Of a stretch of DNA of 26,939 nucleotides, positions 10,889 to 19,887 are shown piece after piece. The notes beneath the pieces were generated by a model. That model saw nothing but the letters and a program-made list of their open reading frames with translations. It had not been told where the DNA came from and ran no database searches. The translations under genes and the position numbers were made by a program. Location of the stretch: NCBI GenBank assembly GCA_965215885.1, contig CBDCEW010000040.1, positions 1 through 26,939 on the forward strand, written 5' to 3'. This stretch comes from Candidatus Moanibacter sp. GTDB lineage: Bacteria; Verrucomicrobiota; Verrucomicrobiia; Opitutales; UBA2987. Each line of letters begins with the position of its first letter. The first letter of the stretch is position 1.

Positions 10889-12871
10889 ATGCCCTATGCG
10901 AGTGTAGCGATACCTCCTCCACCGGACGAGAGCGAATCTCAATGGACCGAATTTGTCGCCCGAGTAAGAAATGGACAGTCGCGACCGTTTGAGGAGCACT
11001 GGGATGAATTTCAACGGATTTTCGCGGAGAGAAGCGCTTCCCAAGGCCCTTCTCCTGCATGGCGTCCGCGGGAAGTAGATATTGCCTCGTCAAACCTCGG
11101 CCAGCTCATGGCAGCACTCGAGGTAGAGAGGTATGGGGATCTTTTTGCCTGGTCTGTCAATAACCGCCCCGGTCTGTGGCAGTACGTGATTGACCGTCTC
11201 GGAGTCGTCTTCTCGAGGCCGCCGGACTGCATATTGGATCTGAAGAACGGCGCGAGCGACCCTCGCTGGCTGTCGGGCGCCGAGATGAATTGTGTGGACA
11301 GCTGCTTTACAGCGCCGGCTGACAATACCGCCATCGTTTCGGGCGCCGAAGGCTCTCCAGAGGTGACCGTCACCACCTACGGCCAATTGGAAAAATTGGC
11401 CAACCGATTTGCCAACGGGCTTTGCGAGCATGGCCTCAAGAAGAGAGATGCGATCGGGATTTACATGCCTATGACGACATCCTGTGTAGCCGCTTATTTG
11501 GGTATCGTGCGCGCCGGCTGCCGCGTCGTCTCAATCGCGGACAGTTTTTCGCCCCAGGAGGTTAGGACGCGGATGGAGATCGCCGGTGCGGATATCATCC
11601 TGACGGTCGATTGGTATCTAAGGGCCGGCCGAAAAGTCCGGCTCTTCGAAAAGGTGAAAGAAGCCGGCATCGCCCGGGCGATCGTGATATCGGCAGAGGA
11701 TGGGATAGCGCTAAGAGAGGATGATATTCGCTGGGACGACATGCTGTCTTCGAAGGCATCGTTTACAAGCGTGTCCGGAGACCCCTCTGAGAATTCAAAC
11801 ATTCTGTTCTCCTCGGGCACCACCGGTACGCCCAAGGCGATACCATGGACGCACCTGACACCGCTTAAGTGTGGATTGGACGGCCACTTTCATGGGGACA
11901 TCCATCCGGATGACATTGTCGCCTGGCCCACCAACATTGGCTGGATGATGGGTCCTTGGTTGATTTACGCCTCGCTGTTGAATAATGCCGCGATGGCGCT
12001 CTTTGAGGGGGCGCCTGTGGGGCCGGAGTTTACACGCTTTATTCAGGATGCCCGCGTTTCCATTCTCGGCGTCGTGCCGTCACTGGTACGCGCTTGGCGC
12101 TTGGGCGAAGCCATGCAAAGCGTGGATTGGTCGGCCATTCGGTTCTTCGGCTCGACCGGTGAACCGTCAAATCGCGAGGATTATTTGTGGCTGATGAGCC
12201 AGACTAGGTATCGCGCGCCGGTGATCGAATATTTGGGAGGAACGGAAATCGGCGGCGGCTATATCACGGGAACGGTAGTCCAGCCAGCCTCGCCCGCCAC
12301 ATTTACCACCCCATCCCTGGGCATCGAATTCGTGATCCTTGACGAAAAGGGACAGCCTGTCGATGAGGGTGACATGGGGGAACTGTATCTCATTCCGCCC
12401 TCCATAGGATTATCCCAGTCCCTCTTGGACAAAGACCATGGAGAGGAATACTACGCCGGATGCCCAGCGGGACCAGATGGGGAAGTCCTGCGACGCCACG
12501 GTGATACCATAGCCCGGATGCCGCACGGTTTTTACAGGGCACAAGGACGGTGCGACGATACTATGAATCTGGGTGGCATCAAAGTAAGCTCTCTTGAACT
12601 TGAGCGCATCATCGATACGCATGAGGTAGTCTATGAGAGTGCGGCTGTCGCGGTGCAGCCACAGGGTGAGGGAGCGGAAGAGTTGGTCGTGTTTGCGGTT
12701 CTCAATGAGGAAATGGATCGCGATACCCTTGCTGGTGAGCTTCAGGACCTGATCAGCGGGTGCCTGAACCCTCTGTACAGAATTCATGATCTGGTCATCA
12801 TCGACGAGCTGCCGCGGACCGCATCGAATAAGATGATGCGGCGTGAGCTCCGCGCACAATACAGAACCTGA
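10889..12871 (+). CDS. AMP-binding acyl-CoA synthetase (acetate-CoA ligase-like, AAE17/AAE18-type)
   Basis: ILFSSGTTGTPKAIPW P-loop, WPTNIGWMMGPWL, STGE, YLGGTEIGG, GRCDDTMNLGGIKVSS and LPRTASNKMMRR motifs. Confidence 0.9.
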   Translation: MPYASVAIPPPPDESESQWTEFVARVRNGQSRPFEEHWDEFQRIFAERSASQGPSPAWRPREVDIASSNLGQLMAALEVERYGDLFAWSVNNRPGLWQYVIDRLGVVFSRPPDCILDLKNGASDPRWLSGAEMNCVDSCFTAPADNTAIVSGAEGSPEVTVTTYGQLEKLANRFANGLCEHGLKKRDAIGIYMPMTTSCVAAYLGIVRAGCRVVSIADSFSPQEVRTRMEIAGADIILTVDWYLRAGRKVRLFEKVKEAGIARAIVISAEDGIALREDDIRWDDMLSSKASFTSVSGDPSENSNILFSSGTTGTPKAIPWTHLTPLKCGLDGHFHGDIHPDDIVAWPTNIGWMMGPWLIYASLLNNAAMALFEGAPVGPEFTRFIQDARVSILGVVPSLVRAWRLGEAMQSVDWSAIRFFGSTGEPSNREDYLWLMSQTRYRAPVIEYLGGTEIGGGYITGTVVQPASPATFTTPSLGIEFVILDEKGQPVDEGDMGELYLIPPSIGLSQSLLDKDHGEEYYAGCPAGPDGEVLRRHGDTIARMPHGFYRAQGRCDDTMNLGGIKVSSLELERIIDTHEVVYESAAVAVQPQGEGAEELVVFAVLNEEMDRDTLAGELQDLISGCLNPLYRIHDLVIIDELPRTASNKMMRRELRAQYRT

Positions 12872-13108
12872 GTGCTGAAATGGGCGAACCACTTGTAGCC
12901 ATCGTAGCCGCGAGCATACGCCCCTTAGAAAATCTGGAAAGGCCTTCAAAGTAAGGCGAGGAGTGGATAATGAAGAGAGTTGCTTACGCTTCCAGTATTT
13001 TAATCTTGTTCTTTGAGAGGAAATTGCCGATAATATATAGTTGATACTATTACCTGCTTTCCAGATCTTTTGAGATGTTAAACTGGGGATGGAAGCAATT
13101 ATAATCTT

Positions 13109-14581
13109 GTGTCATTGGGGATAGACCGGGATTTCCCAATCAGAATGTCCAATAAACAAAAAGAGCAAAAGCCCGTTCAGGAGACTCCCATTGGCGAAGT
13201 TTTCTTTGCGGCTCAAGTCGAAACCGTAATTCGGGAGAGCCGGAGGGGGGTGCTTATTCTTTTAGCGATCTCCTTATTTTCCGCTATCTGGTTTTCCAGG
13301 GAGTGGTCGCCGCGAGCGGTCTACACCTGGTTGCTTTACATGGGGGTGGTGTGCCTGGCCTCCTATTTCATCCTGAGGAAGATGCTTGCGGATCCGGATA
13401 AAGAGCTGAAAGCCAGGGGGTGGGTAAATGGTCTTATCTTAGGCAGCCTTCTTATCGGGACAGGTTGGGGCGCGTTCTGCGGTTTGTTTTTTCCCTACGA
13501 CAATGCAGCTCAATTAGTTTTCCTCCTTTTGGCTACGGGCGCTGTAACCGCGCTTGCCTCGTCGGTTCTATCCCCGGTTCTACCGGTTTTCTGGGTGTTT
13601 CTCCTGTCTGCTGTCTCTCCTCTGTGCGTGCAGGTTTTTATTTACTTCGGATACTCCCTTTTCCATAGCGTCCTCGTTCTTGCTGTTTTTTTGCTCATCA
13701 TGGGCTATATTGCGGATCGGAACGAAAAACAGGAGCGTATCAACGTTAGTGAAAAGGTCACATTAAAAAGGGAGATTGAGAGTCGACGGCTCCTCGATAA
13801 GGCGCTCTTGCTCCAGCAGGAGAGGGCCGACACCGCTGTCACTGAGCGCCGCGAGTTCATGTCTAACGTGAGTCTCCAGATGCGCACCCAGCTGAATTCA
13901 ATTATCGGCTTTTCCGACATCCTGAAGAAAAACGCACGTGGAGACCTTTCTTCGGAGCATGCTTCCCGCGCCGAGAAAATCAATCGCAACGGCCGGGATA
14001 TGCTTCTCGTTTTCGATAACGTGCTTGAACTCTCCAAGATCGAAACGGATCAGTTGGAATTGGAAGAAAGGAAATTGAACCTCCACAATTTAGTCGAAGA
14101 ATCCGTCGAACTCCAGCGTGTGAATACCAATGAAAAGGGGCTGAACCTCTCCTGTGAAATCGCGGATAATGTTCCCGAGCTCGTCATAACAGATCCGACG
14201 CGCTTGTGGCAGATTCTTAACAACCTCATCGGGAATGCGGTCAAATTTACCAAAAAAGGCGGGATCGAAGTCAATGTGGACTCCGGCGGTCGCACAAATG
14301 GCAGCACCGGCCTGAAATTCTCCGTTACGGATACCGGCGTCGGAATTGACGAGAAAACGCGGGCCGAGCTCTTCTTGCCGTTCTCGCATAGGGAGAGTGG
14401 CCCCGACGAAGGGGACGGCGGGATGAGCTTGGGCCTCGCCGTCTCGAAAAATCTCGTCGAGTTGATGGGCGGCGAAATCACCGTCTGGAGCGAGCCCGGT
14501 AAGGGTTCCGTTTTCGATTTCACGATCCAGTGCGTCGAAGTGCCCCAAGGGGACGACACGGCAAGCGAGGACCTCGCCTGA
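13109..14581 (+). CDS. Membrane sensor histidine-kinase-like protein lacking the phosphoacceptor His (possible start ATG 13145)
   Basis: About 5-6 TM helices, then a DHp-like helix (EFMSNVSLQMRTQLNSIIGFS) and HATPase_c boxes: N (QILNNLIGNAVKFT), G1 (DTGVGI), F (LFLPF), altered G2 (GGMSLGL), G3 (GKGSVF). Confidence 0.85.
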   Translation: MSLGIDRDFPIRMSNKQKEQKPVQETPIGEVFFAAQVETVIRESRRGVLILLAISLFSAIWFSREWSPRAVYTWLLYMGVVCLASYFILRKMLADPDKELKARGWVNGLILGSLLIGTGWGAFCGLFFPYDNAAQLVFLLLATGAVTALASSVLSPVLPVFWVFLLSAVSPLCVQVFIYFGYSLFHSVLVLAVFLLIMGYIADRNEKQERINVSEKVTLKREIESRRLLDKALLLQQERADTAVTERREFMSNVSLQMRTQLNSIIGFSDILKKNARGDLSSEHASRAEKINRNGRDMLLVFDNVLELSKIETDQLELEERKLNLHNLVEESVELQRVNTNEKGLNLSCEIADNVPELVITDPTRLWQILNNLIGNAVKFTKKGGIEVNVDSGGRTNGSTGLKFSVTDTGVGIDEKTRAELFLPFSHRESGPDEGDGGMSLGLAVSKNLVELMGGEITVWSEPGKGSVFDFTIQCVEVPQGDDTASEDLA

Positions 14582-14585
14582 TTAG

Positions 14586-14624
14586 GAATCTGTCGGACCC
14601 GAAGTCCGATAAACTCCCAGGATA
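14586..14624. repeat. REP-like palindrome, family A, copy 2
   Basis: GAATCTGTCGGACCCGAAGTCCGATAAACTCCCAGGATA; the first 15 nt are identical to the copy at 8597. Lies 5 nt after the kinase stop. Confidence 0.75.
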
Positions 14625-14705
14625 GAGCGGTGTTTTCCGAACATCCCGTTGAATGTGTAAACAGAAAAACCGCTTCATCATCGTGGAAAATGGCCGAAGA
14701 GTAAT

Positions 14706-15215
14706 TTGAAGGAAGACTCGCAGGTTTTACTGAGATTCAATGAAAAAGTATTTTTAGTCGAAGACAACAGGGATAACGCTGACTTAATCGATGACTTTCT
14801 CTCTGATAGTTACGCTATTACTTCCTTTGAAGATGGCCCAACATTGCTCTCTTATTTGGAACAGCCTGACATAACACTACCTGATATTTTCCTTTTGGAT
14901 ATAAGTTTACCGGGTATGGATGGCGTAGAGCTGTTGAGAACTATTCGGGAATCAGACAGGTTTGAGAAAATACCCTGTATAGCGGTGACGGCTCACGCCT
15001 TGGCTGGAGACGAATTAAGGTTCGTAGAAGCAGGTTTTAATGGCTACGTGAGCAAGCCAATTGCTGATCAAGAGCTGTTACTCGATGAGATTGAGAAACT
15101 CTTGATTGGAGACGGAGGAACGGGAGAAACTGAAAATGCGAAGGACTTTGGGAGCGACATTCCATCTCAAGAGCTGCCGGTTAACGCCTCCCTGGAACAC
15201 CTTCATCGCCAGTGA
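14706..15215 (+). CDS. Single-domain response regulator (DivK/CheY-like receiver)
   Basis: LVEDN, LLDISLPGMDG, VTAHA and YVSKP motifs intact. About 35-aa unconserved tail. The TTG start is uncertain. Confidence 0.88.
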   Translation: MKEDSQVLLRFNEKVFLVEDNRDNADLIDDFLSDSYAITSFEDGPTLLSYLEQPDITLPDIFLLDISLPGMDGVELLRTIRESDRFEKIPCIAVTAHALAGDELRFVEAGFNGYVSKPIADQELLLDEIEKLLIGDGGTGETENAKDFGSDIPSQELPVNASLEHLHRQ

Positions 15216-15258
15216 GATTCGCGGTCGCAGGGGATGGCTTGTGAAATATACGGACTAA
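15212..15258. mobile_element. Degenerate right half of the 4505-4600 MITE family
   Basis: Ungapped 35/47 identity to 4554-4600 (GTGAGAT..GTCGCAG..TTGTGAAAT..CGG..TAA). No left end visible. Confidence 0.6.
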
Positions 15259-15381
15259 GTCTTACCTCTGTAGAATCAGATAAGGGGCACAGTTAAGCGT
15301 CTCGGTTTTCCCAGCGATTGGCTAACATTTTTGCTGGCGTAGACTGGCTTGTAAAAAACCCCACCCCTTTCCGGGAAGGCG

Positions 15382-15469
15382 ACCCACCCCTAACCCCTCC
15401 AAGGAGGCGATCTGTTCACTTGGGAGCTCATTTATTAAGTTCCCCTCCTTGGAGGGGTTAAGGGTGGGT
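15382..15469. repeat. Inverted REP-like doublet (CCCACCCCTAACCCCTCC family)
   Basis: ACCCACCCCTAACCCCTCCAAGGAGG (15382-15407) vs reverse complement of 15444-15469, 25/26. Lies between the convergent response-regulator and ggt genes. Confidence 0.85.
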
Positions 15470-16349
15470 TCTTACCAAGCCCGCTTCCACCTCCAATAAA
15501 CCTTAGGCCACCGCCCGCAAAGCCGCTCTGCCGTACGGCAAATAAGTTTCACGTCAGTAACCGGCGGCGAGGCCGCCCTGTCGGCGGGGATCGGAGTGAC
15601 CGTAGAGATAAGTGTGTGAGCGCATAATGCTTTGGGTCGACCCGATGGCATTGGAAGGTATGGGGGCGTAGCCGTAGTCCTGGAGGAGAGTTCGTGTATC
15701 TGGACTGAGGCCGGACTCTAAGAGGAGTTGATCGGGATACCATTGGTGGTGGAAGCGAACCGCATTGGAGGCTTCCGCGATATTCATCCGGTGGTCGATT
15801 ACATTGAGGAGGAGTTGAAGAACGGTGGTGATAATTCTGCTGCCGCCGGGACTGCCGGTTACGAGGTAAGGTTCCCGGCTTGCAGGACAATGGTGGGTGT
15901 CATTGAACTGAGCATACGCTTTCCTGGTTCAATGGCGTTTGCCTCGCCTCCAATGAGGCCGTAGGCATTGGCTACTCCCGGTTTGGCTGAGAAGTCATCC
16001 ATCTGATTATTGAGCAGGATTCCTGTTCCGGGGACGACTTTGTTGCAGCCATAGCTGAAGTTGAGAGTGTAGGTATTGGCGACAGCATTGCCCCAACGAT
16101 CGACGATGGAGAAGTGGGTCGTTTCGATGCTCTCCCGATATTGAGAAGGGTTGCCCGGTTTTATGTCCGCGCTGGTGGTAGGACTCTCGAGAGAGATGAA
16201 CTGTCGCAGGTGTGATGCGTATTCCTTTGAGATGAGTTCCTCAACCGGGACTGAGACGAAATCGGAATCGCCGAGGTGTTTGGAACGATCCGCATAGGCC
16301 AGTTTCATACATTCGGTCAAGAGGTGTATGTAAGCGGCGGAGTTGTAGC

Positions 16350-18244
16350 CAGGGTAAAAGGATTCCAGGAAGCAACTAGCTGATAAGCAAGAAGATAAAA
16401 AAAGAGCTAAACAAACCCGAGGGAATCAGTCATGTTAAGATGGGATGAAAGACAAAAAATCTTACCAACTGAATCCTTCGATAGATCGTTTAACTCTGCG
16501 TCTGGTCCTGCCCGAAGAGCAGGAGCGATTCAATGATCTATTGAAACAACATCATTATTTACACAGTGCGGGCAGCGCAGGAGAGACCCTGCGCTATGTG
16601 GCGCAGATCGACGGGCAATGGATGGGCCTGCTCTTGTGGGGGGCCGCATCCTACCGGCTGAAGGATCGAGACGAATGGATCGGGAGGGACGGGGCGCAAC
16701 GGCATGCACGATTGAAACTGGTAGTACAGAACCGGCGTTTTCTGATTTTGCCCGGGGTGGATCTTGCAAATTTGGCCTCCAAGACGTTGGGTATGTGCCT
16801 GAGAGTCTTAGCCGATCACTGGCAGGAGGCTTTTGGCTATCGTCCCTTAGTAGCGGAAACGTTCGTGGACCCACAGATTCACCGGGGCACTTGCTACGAA
16901 GCGAGCGGGTGGACGCCCTTGGGCTTGAGCGCGGGATATGGCCGCCAACGCGAAGATTTCTATCAACGCCATGAGCGTCCCCAAGCAGATCTGGGTCAAA
17001 CCCCTCAAGGCTAATGCCCTTGAGCTTTTGCGCGCTTCAGGGCCATTGCCCGCGGCACAGAGCCAGGCGCTCAATGAAACCGATAACTCCCATGCGGTCT
17101 GCCTCAAAGTGGAACAGATGAGCAGCCTGTGGGAACGCTTCAATCAGATAGAAGACTTCCGTCGTAAAGCGGGCCTTAGATATCGGCTCGCCACGGTCCT
17201 GAGCATGATTGTGCTCGGCACGATGTGCGGCAAACAGACCCTCAAGGGCATCGTGCGCCTGGCCCATCATCTCAATCAAGCCCAATTGCGCGCCTTACGC
17301 TCCTGGAAAAACCCCAAAACAGGCCGCTATAAGGCCCCTTGCTATGATGTCTTCTATCGGGTCTTGCAAAACGTAAAGGCCGAGCTCTTCGATAAAACCC
17401 TCACCGAATTCATCTGCTTACAAGACGGCTGTTTGCCCCGCGATATTGCCGTCGACGGCAAGACCCTCAAAGGCACAAACACCGAAGAATCAAAGGCTCT
17501 GCACCTGGTGGCCGCAGTCGATCACCAAAGCGCTCAAACCTTAGCCCAAGTCGCTACCGCCGATAAATCCAACGCGATCACCGCCGCCCAGACTCTCTTG
17601 CGAAAGATGCCCATTTTGGACGGCTCCACCTTCACCTTCGACGCCATGCATAATCAAAAAGAAACTGCCCACATCGTCGTCGAAGAACTCAGTGCTGACT
17701 ATGTTATTCAAATTAAAGACAATCAGCCCAACATGCATCAATACGCTCAGAATCTCTTCAGCTCCACCCCCTTTTTCTCCACCAAACCGTGGACAATGAC
17801 CATGGGCGACTCGAAATACGTCAAATAGCAACCCATTCTCTAAGCGCTCCCTCTGCCGGCCTGCCCCATGCCCGCCAGTTCGCCTGTGTGCAACGCACCT
17901 TCCATTATCCAAACAAAGCTGAACCTTCCTCTGAACGCTCTTACTACGTAAGCAGTCTCGATCCCGCCGATTTGAGCCCTCAACAGTTCCTCTCGAAAAT
18001 TCGCAACCATTGGTCGATCGAAAATAAAAATCATTACCCCAGGGATCGCTTCTTCGATGAAGATCGATGTATGATCCGTAATCATAACGCAGCCAGAATT
18101 CTTGCTGCATGCAGGCAACTGGTTCTCAGCCTCAAGTCTTCCATGGGCGCTGAATCCACTCCCGCACTCTGTGATGATTTCGTCTTTAACTTACATAAGG
18201 CCATCAATATCATCACCTAATGCTCCGAGAATCAAAATACCGTG
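16350..18244 (+). mobile_element. ISAs1-family IS (1895 bp) with a 10-bp target duplication
   Basis: GAGTTGTAGC at 16340-16349 and 18245-18254. Ends CAGGGTAAAAGGATTC vs reverse complement CACGGTATTTTGATTC (11/16). Removal restores the ggt reading frame. Confidence 0.93.
16445..18220 (+). CDS. DUF4338/DruA-like domain fused to an ISAs1 transposase, split by two frameshifts (~16980 and ~17770); about 591 aa if joined
   Basis: N-part: QHHYL, NRRFLILP, NLASK, FGYRPLVAETFVD, GTCYEASGW. Transposase part: DFRRKAGLRYRL, IAVDGKTLKG, FTFDAMHNQ, HGRLEIR, IRNHWSIENKNHYPRDRFFDEDR. Confidence 0.85.
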
Positions 18245-19290
18245 GAGTTGTAGCCCAGTTCGCGGAGTGCATAGGGTTCAAGGAGATTCAGGAGTTGGAT
18301 GAGATGGACTCCGCCACTGCTGGGTGGAGGCATTGAGAGGATCTCGTAGCGGTGGTATGTTCCGCGAACCGGTTGTCGAATGACAGGGTGATACTCCTTG
18401 AGGTCGACAGCATCAATAAGACCGCCATTGGCATTCATGTCCGCGACGATCCTTTGGGCAATTTCTCCTTCATAAAAGGCGTTGGGGCCCTCTTCGGCAA
18501 TGAGCTTGAGAGAATTTGCCAGATCACTCTGACGAAGAATCTCACCGACTTCGTAGGGAGAACCGTCAGATTTGAAAAAGATACGCATGGCAGCTGGCCA
18601 GTCCTGCATGCGATTCATAGCAAGTATAAGCGAGTGGTGGAGATCTTCAGATACGGGGAAGCCGTCTTCGGCGAACCGGATGGCAGGCGTCAGCGCCTCT
18701 TTAAGGGTAATCGTTCCAAACTTTTTAAGGGCGAGTGCGAGACCGCGCACCGTTCCAGGCACGCCGACGGAAAGGTAGCTGTAGCGCGACCGTTCCGGAT
18801 CGACCTCACCTTTGGAATTAAGAAACATATCCCTGTGCGCCCCATGGGGGGCCGTTTCGCGGTAGTCGAGTGCGACCGTGTTGTTGTCTTCGGAGAGGTG
18901 AATGAGCATGAAGCCGCCACCTCCGATATTTCCCGCTCGGGGAAGGGTAACGGCCAGGGCGAAGCCGACTGTCACAGCCGCATCGACCGCGTTTCCCCCG
19001 TTTCTGAGAACTTCCAGACCGGCCCTCGTGGCCCATCCTTCTTGAGAGACGACCATTCCATTTTTACCGGTAACAGGATGGAAACGCGCGGCGTCCCGGC
19101 TCGCCGGGATGGGGTTTTCGACACCTTCGGTTGACGCTGATGCGATTGTGGGAAGGCTAAGAATCAGGAGAAAAGTGGCGTAATTCAAAACGGCACTCAC
19201 AGTATCTTGGAGGCGAGCGACGTGACTTCCTTTAAACGAATGGTCCATATGTGATTCCGGTGAAAAAGCCGGCGTCTCGGTATTCGCGGA

Positions 19291-19363
19291 CCACGTTCTT
19301 GCGAACGCGGCTACAAATATCAACGACTTATGGAATCGCGTGGCCGCGTTCGCAAGAACTTGG
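19291..19363. repeat. GTAG-type REP doublet enclosing an IHF consensus site
   Basis: CCACGTTCTTGCGAACGCGGCTAC (19291-19314) and GTGGCCGCGTTCGCAAGAACTTGG (19340-19363) are inverted, 22/24. Confidence 0.85.
19318..19330 (+). promoter_or_regulatory. Putative IHF-binding site
   Basis: TATCAACGACTTA matches WATCAANNNNTTR exactly and lies in the 25-nt REP spacer. Confidence 0.55.
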
Positions 19364-19426
19364 AGGATTTTGTTGCGGAATCATCGTCGTCAATCCCGCT
19401 GAGCGGGATCGCCGTTATCGGTTGAT

Positions 19427-19858
19427 ATCTCGATGAAGTTTACGATTAAGCTTACGACGAAGTTTGCAGGAGATTTTTACCAGGAGCTTCTCTCCCTGTG
19501 AGGGATGTTTGTGGTAAGCTTTGTCGCGTGCTTCGTCGATATTGTTCATCAACCTAAGGGACCCTTTGTCGTAAGCATCGTCGTAATCTTTGTCGACGTC
19601 ACCTCGGAGATCTCGATGAAGTTTACGATTAAGCTTACGACGAAGTTTGCAGGAGGTTTTCACCAGGAGCTTCTCTCCCTGTGAGGGATCTTTGTCGTAA
19701 GCTTCGTCGCGAGCTTTGTCGCCATTTTTTGTGGAAATCTCGATGAAGTTGACGATAAAGCTTACGACGAAGTTTGGAAGGAGCTTTTCTCCCCGTCAGG
19801 GAATCTTCATCGTAAACTTTGTCGCGAGCTTTGTCGGATTTGCTCCTCGACGAAGTTT
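19427..19858. repeat. Array of alternating inverted arms built from 12-nt-period units
   Basis: 19427-19506 and 19610-19689 are 78/80 identical; a third, diverged unit starts at 19737. Forward arms CGATGAAGTTTA-CGATTAAGCTTA-CGACGAAGTTTG; reverse arms CTTTGTCGTAAG-CTTCGTCGCGAG-CTTTGTCG. Confidence 0.9.
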
Positions 19859-19887
19859 TGGGAAAGACAATCGGTGCTATCATCAAC

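Larger units (their letters stand above)
15554..19248 (-). pseudogene. ggt: Gamma-glutamyltransferase interrupted by an ISAs1 element, plus a 1-nt frameshift near 15873
   Basis: 5' part (19248-18245): GGNAVDAA, GNIGGGGFM, DYRETAP, MPPPSSGG. After IS removal it reads ELGYNSAAYIHLLTECMKLAYADR, then ETTHFSIVD (nucleophile Thr), LLNNQMDDF, KRMLSSMTP, then shifted YLVTGSPGGSRIIT...SDPRRQG. Confidence 0.95.

Noticed and set aside
16445..17014. Druantia anti-phage system
   Set aside because: Only a DruA-like domain inside an IS; no DruE helicase or other dru genes are present.
19249..19323. Longer ggt N-terminus from 19323
   Set aside because: It starts inside the REP doublet; ATG 19248 gives a more plausible signal-like start.
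19427..19858. Possible CRISPR array
   Set aside because: Repeats alternate in orientation, the intervening sequences are themselves repeated, spacing is irregular, and there are no cas genes.
19415..19886. Minus-strand ORFs of 82 and 83 aa (KLRRKLNRKLHRD)
   Set aside because: Their 4-aa periodicity is a by-product of the 12-nt DNA repeats; they overlap in different frames and have no recognisable domain.
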